This document shows positions 23,861-36,340 of a stretch of 64,000 nucleotides of DNA, one piece after another. The stretch is from Podarcis liolepis (Eukaryota). The DNA is taken from assembly GCA_965112155.1 (NCBI GenBank), contig OZ218098.1; one strand, given 5' to 3'. The position numbers and the translations under genes are program-made. The notes beneath the pieces were generated by a model, which searched no databases, had not been told where the DNA came from, and saw only the letters and a list, made by a program, of their open reading frames with translations. Position 1 is the first letter of the stretch, and the number at the start of each line of letters is the position of its first letter.

Positions 23861-25847
23861 GGTTGTCCTCTGTCTGGAATCTTGGATATCTGCTGCCACT
23901 CAGTGTAGACAATACCGAGGAAGATGGACTAATGGTCTGATTCAGTGGAACAAAGCTCCCTATGTTCCTACGATCACTCTTGATTACTCTATGTCTAACT
24001 GCTGCCAATCCTCATGAGAGCCAAGTGGTACACAGTAACTGCCTTTGGTTTCCTCCTGTGTGTGGTTCTTCTATTCTTTTTACTTAGCATACAAAGCTAT
24101 CAAAACAGTATGTGATGCTCACAAATCAGCATGCCGTAGGAAACCTTATTATGAGCCTCCCAGTTGTTGCTGTGGCCTGTTATGCATTAGCTTTCAGCAA
24201 CATGACACATCTATTTTTTAAAAAATTGTTTGAAACAGAGGTCCATAAACAATTGTTCAGATGGTTCACAAAACAAGAGAACAGTTTCATCATGTCAACT
24301 GTCTTCTCTCACTTAAAGACATTCTGTGTAACACGTGGGCTGGATTTATTTATTCCTTGTTATTTTTTAAAAAGCCCCCATTGTTAATACTTTCTCAAAC
24401 TAACTACATTTCACATTTAACTGTGGTAGGACAGAGCGATGCCTGTAGTGCTGTGCTAAGTCTGGCAATGTGTTTGCAACCAAAGCTCCCCCCCCCCCCG
24501 AAAGTATGGAATGAGACAAATAACAGCTTATGACACAAATATTTAATTTTGTGGAACTTTAGACTGGGCTGCATGGCAAACCAACCACAGGAATGCTGCC
24601 AGGAATGGCATCCCCATGGAGAGCTTTCCCCTTTCCTGCCATAATGTCTAAGAGTGCTTACTAAATGATTCAGCTGCATCACACTGTAACTTTTGGGGAG
24701 ATGCTGCTGGCATCACTGCTAGCATTACTCACATGTAGCCAACAGCCAGAAGGGAAAGGGGATCCATTTAAGCCTATGAAGATTCCCTTCTATGTGTGAA
24801 GGTCTGAAATTCAACATGCCCCTCTCCTATAGTATGGGTGTGTGCATCCTCTTCATGCATTCTCTTCATGATGCATCTCTTCGTAGAAACAACTTACCTC
24901 AAATTCTGGGAAATATAGCCATAACATAGGCTCAGGGTAGGGATCTTTGGTGGTAACTTCACTTGGGGTGGATATATTTTCAATTTTGTGCTTGATAATG
25001 CAATATATGTTGGGCAGGTACTCTTGATGGCACCCATCCTGATCTTATGAAATCTGATCATCAGGAATGGATGCTAAGTGTCCTGCTGACTGCTAAATGT
25101 CTAGTCTTAAGACACTGGAGGGGGTTTAACTCATCCCAACAGACAGCTGATTTTGCTGTATGTTTATGAACTCTCAGCTTGCTGTAGGCATCACTGATGT
25201 TGATCAGGCTATTTGGATTACTCATAGAAAGACATATGCTTGATGTGCTGGGCAACTTGCAGATCAGTGACATTTCTCATCCACAGAATATGTAGTCAGT
25301 TTGATCCTTCCCTCTCTACCCATAGGGCTCTTCCTCCCTCATGTATCCACTTTATGTTTCATGTAAGTTATAAGGAGAGTAAAAAATAAACAACTAATAA
25401 ATCACAGTTAATATAGAAAATACAAATGACACTTGCATCCAGTCAATGCATCTGAATCTGTGCTAGATGAAAATGGACGACTGAGTTGCCACTGAACCCA
25501 AAGAAAACTTCTTGGTTCAAATATTATGTTGAAGAACAGTGAGAGAGAATGCCAAAATCCGCTTTGCAAATTTCTGGGGATGCTTGAATTATTCACATGC
25601 TTCAGGATCAGAATTCGCTAGTAACTGGTAGAAGACGTATTAATTTATTTACTATTTTTATTTTATTGTAAAACAAACCTATTTTTGCGGGGCTACAAGC
25701 AACAAAAATGGTGCTTCAGCAGCCCCCCCAATAGCCATGTCCTCCCATAATACTCCACTTGGAACAATTCTACCTTGTGGCATGGATCATCCCATGAGCA
25801 TTGTGGGAAGAATGACAGCTACTAGCAGAACAGGTGAATAGGAAATA

Positions 25848-26087
25848 CAGTGGTACCTCAGGTTAAGTACTTAATTCGTTCTGGAGGTCCGTACTTAACC
25901 TGAAACTGTTCTTAACCTGAAGCACCACTTTAGCTAATGGGGCCTCCTGCTGCCGATGCCGCCGGAACACGATTTCTGTTCTCATCCTGAAGCAAAGTTC
26001 TTAACCTGAAGCACGATTTCTGGGTTAGCGGAGTCTGTAACCTGAAGCGTATGTAACCTGAAGCGTATGTATCCTGAGGTACCACTG
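25848..26087. mobile_element. Tc1/mariner (Tigger/pogo-like) MITE
   Basis: Perfect 15-bp TIRs CAGTGGTACCTCAGG / CCTGAGGTACCACTG, flanked by TA on both sides (25846-47, 26088-89). It carries internal TAACCTGAAG repeats and retains CpGs. Confidence 0.93.
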
Positions 26088-27264
26088 TACCAAGATAAAC
26101 ACAAAGTGTGAGCATTTCTGTAGGATGGGAGGCACATGCACGCTAACACCTATTGGAGCTTAAGACATTACCTTATGGACAGTATTGTAAATCATACAAA
26201 TGGTGCAGCCAATCAGAAGCTTAGAGCTGTAATCATTGCATGTGCAGAATTACTTCTGCTAGTACAATGGGACTTCCCTCCCCTCTCCTACTCCCTAGGG
26301 CCTGAAATCTGTTCTGGGAGTTACTCAAACCCTCTGTAGCACATTTGGAGGCAGTGCAGGGTGAGGAGAGCTCTGTTGTGCTTGCTGAAGTCATTCTGCA
26401 TGTACAATGATTTAGCTGGATTCAACTTATATGAAGCTACTTTATACTGAGTCAGACCAATGGCCCATCTGGCCCAGTATTGTCTACCATGACTGGCAGT
26501 GGCTCTCCAGGGTTTCAGAAACCAATCACTTCCCCCTTGCTGGATTTACGATGCTTTGTGTTGGTTTCCATCGCACATTGATATTGTTTTAAGGTTTTTA
26601 TTACATTTGCATGTTTTGTAATAAACTGCTGAGAGTATTTGGCTGGTGGTGCAGTATGGAAATATCACTGATGAATACATTAAATTATACAAGTAAAATT
26701 CTATCAGTGTTTAAAGTGATTCTTCATGTAGTTAAACATGTTATTTCCATGTTTTATTGGATATTTTAATGGAAGCCATTATTATTATATTTTCTGAAAC
26801 TTGTTATATCTAAAGTATCTGAAACCTTTTTTAAAAAATCCACCATTTTTATTTTGCGAGCATGTTTCATATGCAGTAATTTTTAAAAAGCTGAAACCAC
26901 ACTCTGTAAAACTTCTCAGTAAATAAATGTCATGCAGTTTTGCAAATTTATTCTGACTCATTTTCCTTTAAGAAGGCTACAAATATGCAGAAAATGGCAG
27001 TCTGAAATATGCTGTGCCTTATTACTTTATTAACTTGCATCATTTTTTTAAAAAAACACAACACATTGATCTTACTGTAATTAAATTTAACTATTTAGAT
27101 TACAAGCAACTTCTTTCCTCTGCCAGTAATAAAGCCCATCACTGTACAGAGTTTTACTCTGCCAAAACATTAGTAACTCATTACTGAATATTTCATTATT
27201 TAGCAGAGCAATGTTCAAAGATAAGGCTCTTGTTCTTCCAGCATAAGCAAATTACATATATTCT

Positions 27265-27450
27265 GCGTGGTGCAGTGGTTAGACTGAACAGACTGAAGTT
27301 CAAATCTATCCTTAACACCCAAAAACTTACTAGGTTACATGGAACCATTCACTGCCTCTCAAAGTAGACATGGGCTCATTGTGCAGATAGAAATGGAGAG
27401 AATCTTATATACTGCCATGAACAACTTGGAGGGAGAGCAGGATGCAAAAC
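27265..27450 (+). mobile_element. Decayed MIR-like SINE
   Basis: Box A-like GTGGTGCAGTGGTTAGA, box B-like GTTCAAATC, and an L2-like 3' end. Confidence 0.45.
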
Positions 27451-27574
27451 AGTAACATAAAGAATGCTCATTCATAGATTATTGTGTTTTCATAAGGAAA
27501 CACCACCTATCAAATCCTGATCAAAAACTGGATCTTACACAATCAATGGTGAGCTACTTCAGCATTGCTAATGA

Positions 27575-27691
27575 CAGGGATGGAGAGCTTGAGGCTCTTC
27601 TGTTGTTGTTGAAGTATAACTCCCATCATCCTTAACCATTGGCTGAGGGCAGCTCAACAGCATCAGAAGGACCACAGGTTTCCCACCCCTG
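27575..27691. mobile_element. Short palindromic hAT MITE (decayed)
   Basis: TIR-like ends CAGGGATGGAGA...TCCCACCCCTG and internal AACTCCCATCATCC. Confidence 0.65.
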
Positions 27692-28826
27692 GTTTCCGGA
27701 AATACATTAGCTCTATCTGTGCATTCTGCACACCTGTATTGAATAAGCAGTACCTATCTTCCAAAGTCTGCATATACAGTGTGTATGTCTATAGGGAGGA
27801 AGCCTTTGTGCATATAGTTGTACATGCTAAGAATTCCCCATAGCATGGAACCATGAATGATCTGCATTCTGGAGAAGGCATCAAGCATAAAGACTGGAGC
27901 ATATACCTGAATGGGGATTAAGACCCAGCAGAATAATATCAAGGGAAGCAACAACAACAAAAAGAGGAGGGCACATATGCCCAGTGCTCAAAATGAGAAA
28001 TTATCACAACCAAAGTGTGTCCAAAGTGTTGTAAAAATAGTCTTCAGAGGCAAAACCGTATTGATTTATTTTAATTGTTAAAGCAAAAAGCTAAATTGGC
28101 TTTAGACTACAACCCATATAATATTATACATATGGACTGTTTCAGTTGATGGTATAAGAAAAAGAGATTGCTGCAGAAGAAGTCCATAATAATGAATGTC
28201 TATCTTCGTTGTGGAACCTACAAGTTGATTGTGCTCCCAACATCTGGTGCAGGGCTACTGGTGTTTTCCTTTTTAATTTCTCATTTTAAGAGGGGGGTTT
28301 TTCCAGGGACATGTCAAACTGAAAGAGCAGAAAGAAAAGGAAAGAAGTAAAAACAAAGAGAGACATATACTTTACCGAGAATAGAACAGGCAGGGACATA
28401 TTAGGTTGGAGGAAGAATTTAAAATGGTTCCCACACTACAGGTTGAGGTTGAAGGTGGGTCAGAAAAGATTGAAGCCTAGATTGAAGGGTTAGAAAACAT
28501 GTTCAGTAAATCTAATCTAAGTGGAACAAAGCCTTTGTTTCACTATTTGCCTTAAAGCTATGGCTTTTAAATGGAATCATTTGAAGAAGGAGAAAAAGCT
28601 TGAAAAATGCTAATTATATCAGGCCCTAAATGTGGTCCTTTGGAACTTTCCAACAAAAGGAAAAAGTAGCTAAGCGCTTTAGTTCACATCAGGCATCTGT
28701 TCACTCAAATTAAGACAATCATGCAATGGAGAACACATCGATGTTCCCTTCTTTGTAGCCCTCCTTAGGCTTGTTTACACATTACTCTGAACTAATGTAT
28801 AAGCTGTCTCTACATATGTGGACAAG

Positions 28827-29152
28827 GGGCGCGGGTGGTGCTGTGGGTTAAACCACAGAGCCTAGGACTTGCCGATCAGAAGGTCGGCAGTTCGAATCCC
28901 TGCAACGGGGTGAGCTCCTGTTGCTCGGTCCCTGCTCCTGCCAACCTAGCAGTTTGAAAGCCGCTCCAGCGGAAAGGTAAATGGTCTTTCCGTGCACTGC
29001 TCTGGTTCGCCAGAAGCGGCTTAGTCCTGCTGGCCACATGACCTGGAAGCTGTACGCTGGCTCCCTCGGCCAATAAAGCGAGATGAGCGCCGCAACCCCA
29101 GAGCCGGCCACAACTGGACCTAATGGTCAGGGGTCCCTTTACCTTTACCGTT
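28827..29152 (+). mobile_element. Sauria SINE (lacertid type), near full length with a probable short internal deletion near 28960
   Basis: Head GGGCGCGGGTGGTGCTGTGGGTTAAACC, box B GTTCGAATCC, tail CCTTTACCTTTACC. Exact 16-bp TSD TACATATGTGGACAAG at 28811-28826 and 29153-29168. Confidence 0.95.
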
Positions 29153-29263
29153 TACATATGTGGACAAGTGTACACATGTTGATTTGTGCAACTCAGCTAT
29201 AGTGTGCATAGGTACACAGCCTGTAAACTGACTGGATATTACATGTGAATAACTGTATGAGTC

Positions 29264-29507
29264 AGCAGTGAGAGATTTTACTTTCTTGGGCTCCATGATC
29301 AGTGCAGATGGTGACAGCAGTCACGAAATTAAAAGACGCCTGCTCCTTGGGAGAAAGGCGATGGCAAACCTAGACAACATCTTAAAAAGCAGAGACATCA
29401 CCTTGCCAACAAAGGTCCGTATAGTAAAAGCCATGGTTTTCCCAGTAGTGATGTATGGAAGTGAGAGCTGGACCATAAAGAAGGCTGATCGCCGAAGAAT
29501 TGATGCT
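29264..29507 (+). mobile_element. Internal BovB LINE fragment (no 5' or 3' terminus)
   Basis: Encodes AVRDFTFLGSMISADGDSSHEIKRRLLLGRKAMANLDNILKSRDITLPTKVRIV...RRIDA. It is 142/151 identical to the copy at 19674-19824. Confidence 0.95.
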
Positions 29508-30577
29508 GTGGTCCATAACCGTTCCCAGTCAGCCATGATTATGTTATATCCAACATCTTGCGCCCATTTAATCATAGCTGATTTCACCGTTTCATCCTGA
29601 GTGTTCCATTTCAACAGCAAGTTATACATTCTTGACAAATTCTTAGTTTTTGGATCTAACAATTCTGTTTCCAATTTTGATTTTTCCACCTGGAAACCAA
29701 CTTTTTTGTCCAATTTGTATGCCTCCATTATTTGATAATAATGGAGCCAATCTCGCACTTTGTTTTTCAATTTTTTCAATTTTTTCAATTTTTCAAAGCT
29801 CTGCAATTTTATTCTCTCTCCTTGTTCCAGAATTTCCCAATATTTCGGCCATTTGGCCTCCATATTGAGTTTTTTCTGTGCCTTCGCTTCCATTGGTGAC
29901 AACCATCTTGGGGTTTTTTCCCCTAACAAATCCTTATATCTTATCCAAACATTAAACAATGCTTTTCTAACAATATGATTTTTGAATGCTTTATTTACTT
30001 TTACCTTATCATACCACAAATATGCATGCCAACCAAATACATTGTTAAAACCTTCTAAATCCAACACTTCAGTATTTTCAAGAAGCAGCCATTCTCTCAG
30101 CCAGCAAAAAGCAGCTGATTCATAATAAAGTTCAAGGTCTGGCAGGTCAAATCCACCTCTTTCTTTAGCATCCGTTAATATCTTAAATTTCATTCGAGGC
30201 TTCTTGCCCTGCCAGACAAATCTAGAAATATCCTTCTGCCACTTCTTGAAACAATCCATCTTATCCAAAATTTGCAATGTTTGGAACAAAAATAACATCC
30301 TTGGCAGCACATTCATTTTTATCACAGCAATTCAGCCTAGCAATGACAACTTCAAATTTGTCCATACTTCTAAATCCTTTTTCACTTCAGTCCAACATTT
30401 TTCATAATTGTCCTTAATTAAGTTCACATTTTTAGCAGTCATGTTAACCCCTAAGTATTTCACATTTTTTACCAATGTTAGTCCTGTCTCCTTCTAAAAC
30501 TTCTCTCTCTCATTCATAGTTAAATTTTTCTCTAGAACCTTGGTTTTCATCTTATTCAACTTGAAACCTGCAACCTG
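29508..30577 (-). mobile_element. Internal L1-clade LINE ORF2 fragment (end of RT domain, thumb and downstream region)
   Basis: A single frame reads QVAGFKLNKMKT...VKYLGV...LSLLG*IAVIKMNVLPRMLFLFQ...FVWQGKKPR...KERGGFDLPDLELYY...WERLWT. These are L1 ORF2 motifs, with only two in-frame stops (30494-96 and 30332-34). Confidence 0.93.
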
Positions 30578-30579
30578 GG

Positions 30580-30930
30580 GACAGAATTCCAAGGTTGGGG
30601 CACCACAGCAGCCATCTTCCTTGTGCATGAGAGACTACTTGGAGCTGACCCTTTGCAGAAGATCTTAAGACACAGGAAGGCAGAAGAGAAGACAGGGAAA
30701 AGAGACTCCTCCAGGTATTTGGTACCTGCAGCACTTTAAAGGATAAACACTGACTTATGTTTGGCTGAGAAGCAGATAGGCAGACATTTCAAAAAAAAAG
30801 TAGGATACAGCGTGGTCTGGCTATACCTGTCAAAATTCTAGAAGCTGAGTTCAGTACAATTAAAGCTTCCAGAATGCCTTTAAGGGTGGCCCGACATGAA
30901 ATCCAATTCTGCAATCCAATCCAGACTCAG
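30580..30930 (-). mobile_element. Ancient L2 ORF2 3' remnant
   Basis: Degenerate GAATTCCAAGG..GGGGCACCAC (WN..P-like), TCCAGGTATTTGG and AAGGGTGGCCC segments, collinear with the better-preserved L2 at 43250-43625. Confidence 0.45.
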
Positions 30931-33900
30931 CTCTAAGCATCCCACCTCCCCACAATTATCATTTTTTTATATACAATCACCATCCATTTCTCTCACATTC
31001 TAAATGCTGACAATATAAACCATTATGAAGTATGTGTGATTAATGACATTCAGCAGCACTGGCCTATTTATTGTGTAATAGAATATTTGTCCTCAGTGCT
31101 GGCCTTGACAGAGACACCCTGCAGCTGACTGATGAGCCCAGTAGCATCACTCATTATTGGAACATGCTCACATAAAGTGATTATGCAATTTTCACAATGC
31201 TGCTCTGAATCAATAGCTCACATTGCAAGAATTTTGTGATCTGCACGTTGTTGAATTGTACATCGTGATCCCCGCTCAAAAGCACAGACCTCTCTCTAAT
31301 AAGTGCAGTGCACAGCTGAATCACAACAGCACTTCATATCTATCTTATTGAGCATATTGGCAGACAGATTGCTGGTTAATAGCAAGGGATGGTTGATTGA
31401 TGCTTCTCTAATCAGAGTGAATATTAGCAGACAGTTCAGGGGTGGAACTCTAACAAAAGAAGAAGATGAGTCTCCACTGATGTTGTGAGTCACTCAGTAT
31501 ATTATATCAAATTGCAGATCCTCATGGGATCCTCATTCAGAGTGAAGCATCCAGGGCAAAAGGCAAACCTAACAAATTTGAGAGGAAAAATGTGAACCTT
31601 TCCAGAGCTTGCTACAGTAATGATATGCATTTGTAAAAAGGTTTTGATGAAAGTTTTTTTTAAAGTTTGCTTTCAAAAGTTTCACTTTCACACACATGCA
31701 GGGCCACTGCTCTAGGTTACCAACCTAGATCTCCCCTGACCTCACTGTGAAGTCTGAATGTTTCTAATAGCATAATGTTGAATTGTACCTTATATATTTT
31801 CAAGTAACTATTGCAAAAACACCATAAGCCTCCAGTGCTCTCCCTTCAAATGGAATCCAATCCTGGTATCTCTTCTTTCCACTCAGGAAAGTGGGGAGTG
31901 TGCCATCTTAAAGTTGGAGTAGACAGCTGGTCTGTCTAACCATTTAGGGTTGGTTTTAACCCCAGTGATTAAAGGCTACCAGATCAGAAAGGAAAAGATC
32001 CAGAATAGCTTTTTGGTAGAAATTAAGCATTGTTTGGGGCATGCACATCTAAAAATTGTCTTATTTATATGGCTAAGTCCTTTGAGCACTGTCAGCTGGT
32101 CCATTTAGCTCAGTATCCTCTACAATGACTGGATGCAACTCTCCATGGTTTCGGGCATCCCTACCTTGAGATACTGGGAATTGAACCTGGGACCTTCTGA
32201 ATGCATAGCAGATGCTCTTATCACTAGGCTATGATCCTTCCCTTGTGCAATAGTTAGAATGCTGGAAAGCCAAGAGTCCTGGGCTTAAAATCCCATTAAG
32301 CAATCAAACTCAGTAGTGGGCTTGTTGGCAAGTCTCTGTCTTTTAGCGTAACCCGCTTCACAAACATAAGACCGCAAGAAAATAATGCTAGATCAGGCCA
32401 GTGGTACATCTAGTCTAGCATCCTATTCTCACAGCAGCTAACCAGATGCCCATGTTGTTGTTTGGAGGGCATGGAGAGTAAAACCTCAAATATGCAGCAC
32501 AAAGTGGAAAGGGTATGGTGCAAATGCAATAAAGACATTCATCACAATGCTTATTTTCAAGTCTCCAAAAGAAAAAGAAAATAAGAGAGAAATTATGGAA
32601 AGCCAACTAATCTGTGCTCCAGATCGAGAAAATATGATTGTTAAAAGACTGATAAAAAAGACTACCCTTATCTAAAAAATGGTTATAGGAACAAATTATC
32701 CCACGTTACTCCCCAAAGTCCTATTCATTTTTTTTAAAAAAAAATTCTTGACAATCCAACCTATAAAATGGTACTCTGTTCCTTTCGCCTAACTGCAAGA
32801 TGACCACCACACCCACAACATCAATGCCAAAAGATTTCTCCCACCAGGAAAGCAGTGGCAAATGTTTAACCCCTCTGGGGGCACTATGCAAGGAGACAGA
32901 GGCTGCAACTTTTCCAGGCTATGCTGAAAGAAAGAAAGAAAAAGCTTTGAAGCTCCTTTGCAGTTTGCCATGCTCTATCCTTTCTCTTATTGGTTCATGT
33001 TGCGCAATTCCTAGGATCAGCTTTGTGATCACATGTCAGCATCCACTGCTACCTTGCAGCTTTGCCTCTATTGCATACTAGCAAATCTCTACCAGCTGCA
33101 CAGGAACCACATTTTTTAAATGACAGCCAAACAGGCAGGGGGGGGGGGGACTTTTGGCCATATGAGAGGTGAGTTGGTCCCAGCAAGCCCTATCTTGGCT
33201 ACAAGCCTGATTCTCGCAGCTCTTCGTTGGGGTAAACAGAATGACAATAATATAGTCTTCTCCGTCAGAATTGTTTAATACTGGTCACAAAATGGGGAGC
33301 CATTGCCAGAAATGACAAGGGCACAGACCACAGCTTCTACTTTCCTGCAGCGACAAACAGCAAAGCTGAATAGAGCAACACTGCTTGAAGTTTAGAGCAA
33401 TGCTGCTTGAGTCCTTACAATGTCTCAGTTTTAATGATTTGTGAAGCAGAAATGAGTGGTGGCTGGATGATAGTGATGCATTCATGCTGAAAGCCATATA
33501 TGAACTTCATGCTGAAAATATTTCTTGTATCTCTGAATGTGCCAAATTTCAACTTTTTAATTGGCAACAAGGAACAAAACACAAACAAAAGAACCTCACC
33601 AAAAGCTGGGTGATTTCTTCCTCTCAGTTTATAGCATTCACTCTCTTTAGTAAGTTAACAGTATAAAACTATTTCTGTCCATATTTTTGGACCCCCCGAT
33701 GGCAGCCATTAACTGTAACATTTCTTAAGAAAACTTTCTATTCATTGATGCTATAGATGCTATTTCCATCGCCTGAAGTGATGTACCACAATAAACCCTT
33801 TATCGGGGGAGGGGGGATGCCATAAAAACAATACTGCAATAAATGATTAAAACTAAGTTCATTTAATCCACTTTAAAATTCTCTTCTGATTCATTCATCC

Positions 33901-36112
33901 TGAAGATCAAAGTTGGATGGGGGGCAGCAGGGGGGGGAATAGGGCAAGTGACAATTATGTGTCCACCTTTCTTTTACATTTCTGAATGAGTCACACCAGC
34001 TGAAGGCAGGTTTTAGAAACAGTTTTGTAAAAAGGATGATAATCCTTTTTCAGTGCTGTGCAGATACTAAGAGAATGCAGGACCATAGAATTAAAATGAA
34101 AAGCTCTGTGAGAGGTATGGGGGGGAAACAGGAAAGTAGATTTCAAAAATCAGAAAACAAATACTACCAGCTGCCAACTCTTAGACATTCTAGCTACCTA
34201 AGTCCATTGTTGCACACCAGGCATAGGGGTTATGTGTGCATTGTTTAAGTATCAATAGAATCAAAGTTCCATGTTATTTACTCCCAGGGGGAAAAAACCT
34301 GTTTGCAAAAAGTGTGTTCTTGAATGCTAAATGTGATCCATATTCCACTTTTGTACCTGAAGCTCCAGTATTATTAACAGTTAAGGGAACACATATTTAG
34401 AGAATAAACTGCCATGTGATGCAGCCTTTGAGTTTTTGCAGACACTGGCAGTGTCTCCAGAATGACAACTGCTTATATTAACCCAGACACAGGCAGACAG
34501 ACAGAGAGACAGAGAGAAAATATTAAGGGATGATTTGAGATAATTTTAATTTATAGCACTGAAGAATTAGATTCCACCAGGGACAAGTTTCCTTGGTGTT
34601 AGAATGCTTTTGAGATGAATTCATGTGGAAAGCTGGTCACTCGGACAAGAATCAAGAGGACAATGCATCTGTGAAGCAGCCAAACAGTGCAGAAAGAAGC
34701 TTCAAATCATCCATTGCCTCAACTACAACAATTTTCAGTTTAAACTGCAACCCTCACATTTAGCTTAGGTCACTGAGTGCTGACTCACTGACTCATGTAC
34801 ACGCATGGATGAATCTGCCTTAGGAGGATGTCAAGAACACTTTCTCAATTATTAATCCAATGCCTGTCAAATGAACCAGATATGTCGGCAGGTGTACTGA
34901 CTTTTCTTATAGTTGTGGTGACGATCACATGGTTTACTTATACCTGACTTAAGGAACCTTAGCTTGAGCACAGTGTGGCAATGTCTTCATGCTCACACTT
35001 TTCAAGTTTGAACAACTGTCATTTGCCCATGGTGAAATTTCACAACCTATAATTAGTTTGAAACACCAGTGTTTCACATAGTAACATGTTCTTAAGTATA
35101 TGACATTTTAATATATAAACTGAACAGCCATTAGTAGGTAACAACTGCTCTAGTTGTACTAACAATGTACATTAAATAAAGGAAGCAGATAGCATAACTT
35201 AACATTCTGTCATTTACATCAGATTCTGACTGCACAGGGGTGGGGGCACATGTGTATCATTGCGCTGAGCTCCAAATGCCCTTGGGGAGTGGTGATCACA
35301 TTATCTATTCCTAGCATAATACAACACGTATGCTAGAGAGATTAACCAGAATTATATAGATAGAATTAGCCAATGCATACAAATAAACATTTGCATGTTC
35401 AAATATAAATATATTTGGGCTATGGTTTCTTAAATTTCTAAAGACTAACTAAAAATACCCACAATTAATACTTTTTTGCTGAATAATACTGAGGAGAGTT
35501 CGTCTAACATTCTTTCAAGTTCTGATATGCCCCCTATTGACGAGGGTGGCTTGCTGAAATGCTAAAGCAAAGTCCACCTCAAAAAACAGAAAACAGTAGA
35601 GGCATTTTATTGATATCAGCCAAGGAACTAACCCAGTAGTATAATAAGCCTCAATTTAATTTCCAAATGCCAGTATATATGTGTGAGTGTTAAAAAAAGA
35701 AAATACATCTTTTTCTTTCCCTTTTAAAATGAATATTTAGCTGTCTTGAACAGCAACAAAGAGTACAACAGTACCTAAGTGGATCTTGGATTTTCTGAAG
35801 TAAGGGAAAGTATGTGAAGATTCAGATTATATATGAAATGGTCTTCAGATAAGTGAAGCAGGACACTTTGAGTAAGTCAGTCCCTGAGTGAACTTCAACA
35901 CCCTTTGTGAAAATGAAGTCCTTGTGATGTTACTATAGCTCCTTAAGGAGCAGCATCCAGAATCTTTACCATCTATTGAAAGTCTAAATCCTTCCCTTAT
36001 GTACCTTTGGGGGAAGGCACTTATTTCTGCTCTAGTTACTGAAGATAATAATGCTCAACCAGCTTTACAGAAAAGTTGCAAACCTGAAGCACAAGATTAT
36101 TCTGTATTGTTA

Positions 36113-36340
36113 TTCATAGAATTTATAGCCACCAGGCACCATTGTGATCATTGAGTCTGACCTCTTGAGTAATGTAGACCATAAAATGTCCCCTAAAATT
36201 CCTGTATCAGCCCTATGAAATGGAGCAGCTCTTTAATAAAAGTCACCAGATCTTGATAAAAAGACTTCCAACTGACAGAGAATCTATCATTCCCATTAGG
36301 TTCTAGCAGTTAGCTATTGCCACTATTAAAAGTGTGCATG
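36113..36340 (-). mobile_element. Ancient CR1 LINE 3' end
   Basis: TCATAGAAT...ACCATTGTGATCATTGAGTCTGACCTC...GATCTTGAT...GAGAATCTATCA matches the reverse complement of reptilian CR1 3' UTR and ORF2 end. Confidence 0.6.

Noticed and set aside
31085-31170. GTC...CCTGCAGCTGACTGATGAG resembling a hammerhead ribozyme core
   Set aside because: No stem II closed by GAAA (only GGAAC follows), and stems I and III pair poorly. The CTGATGA at about 52330 fails for the same reason.
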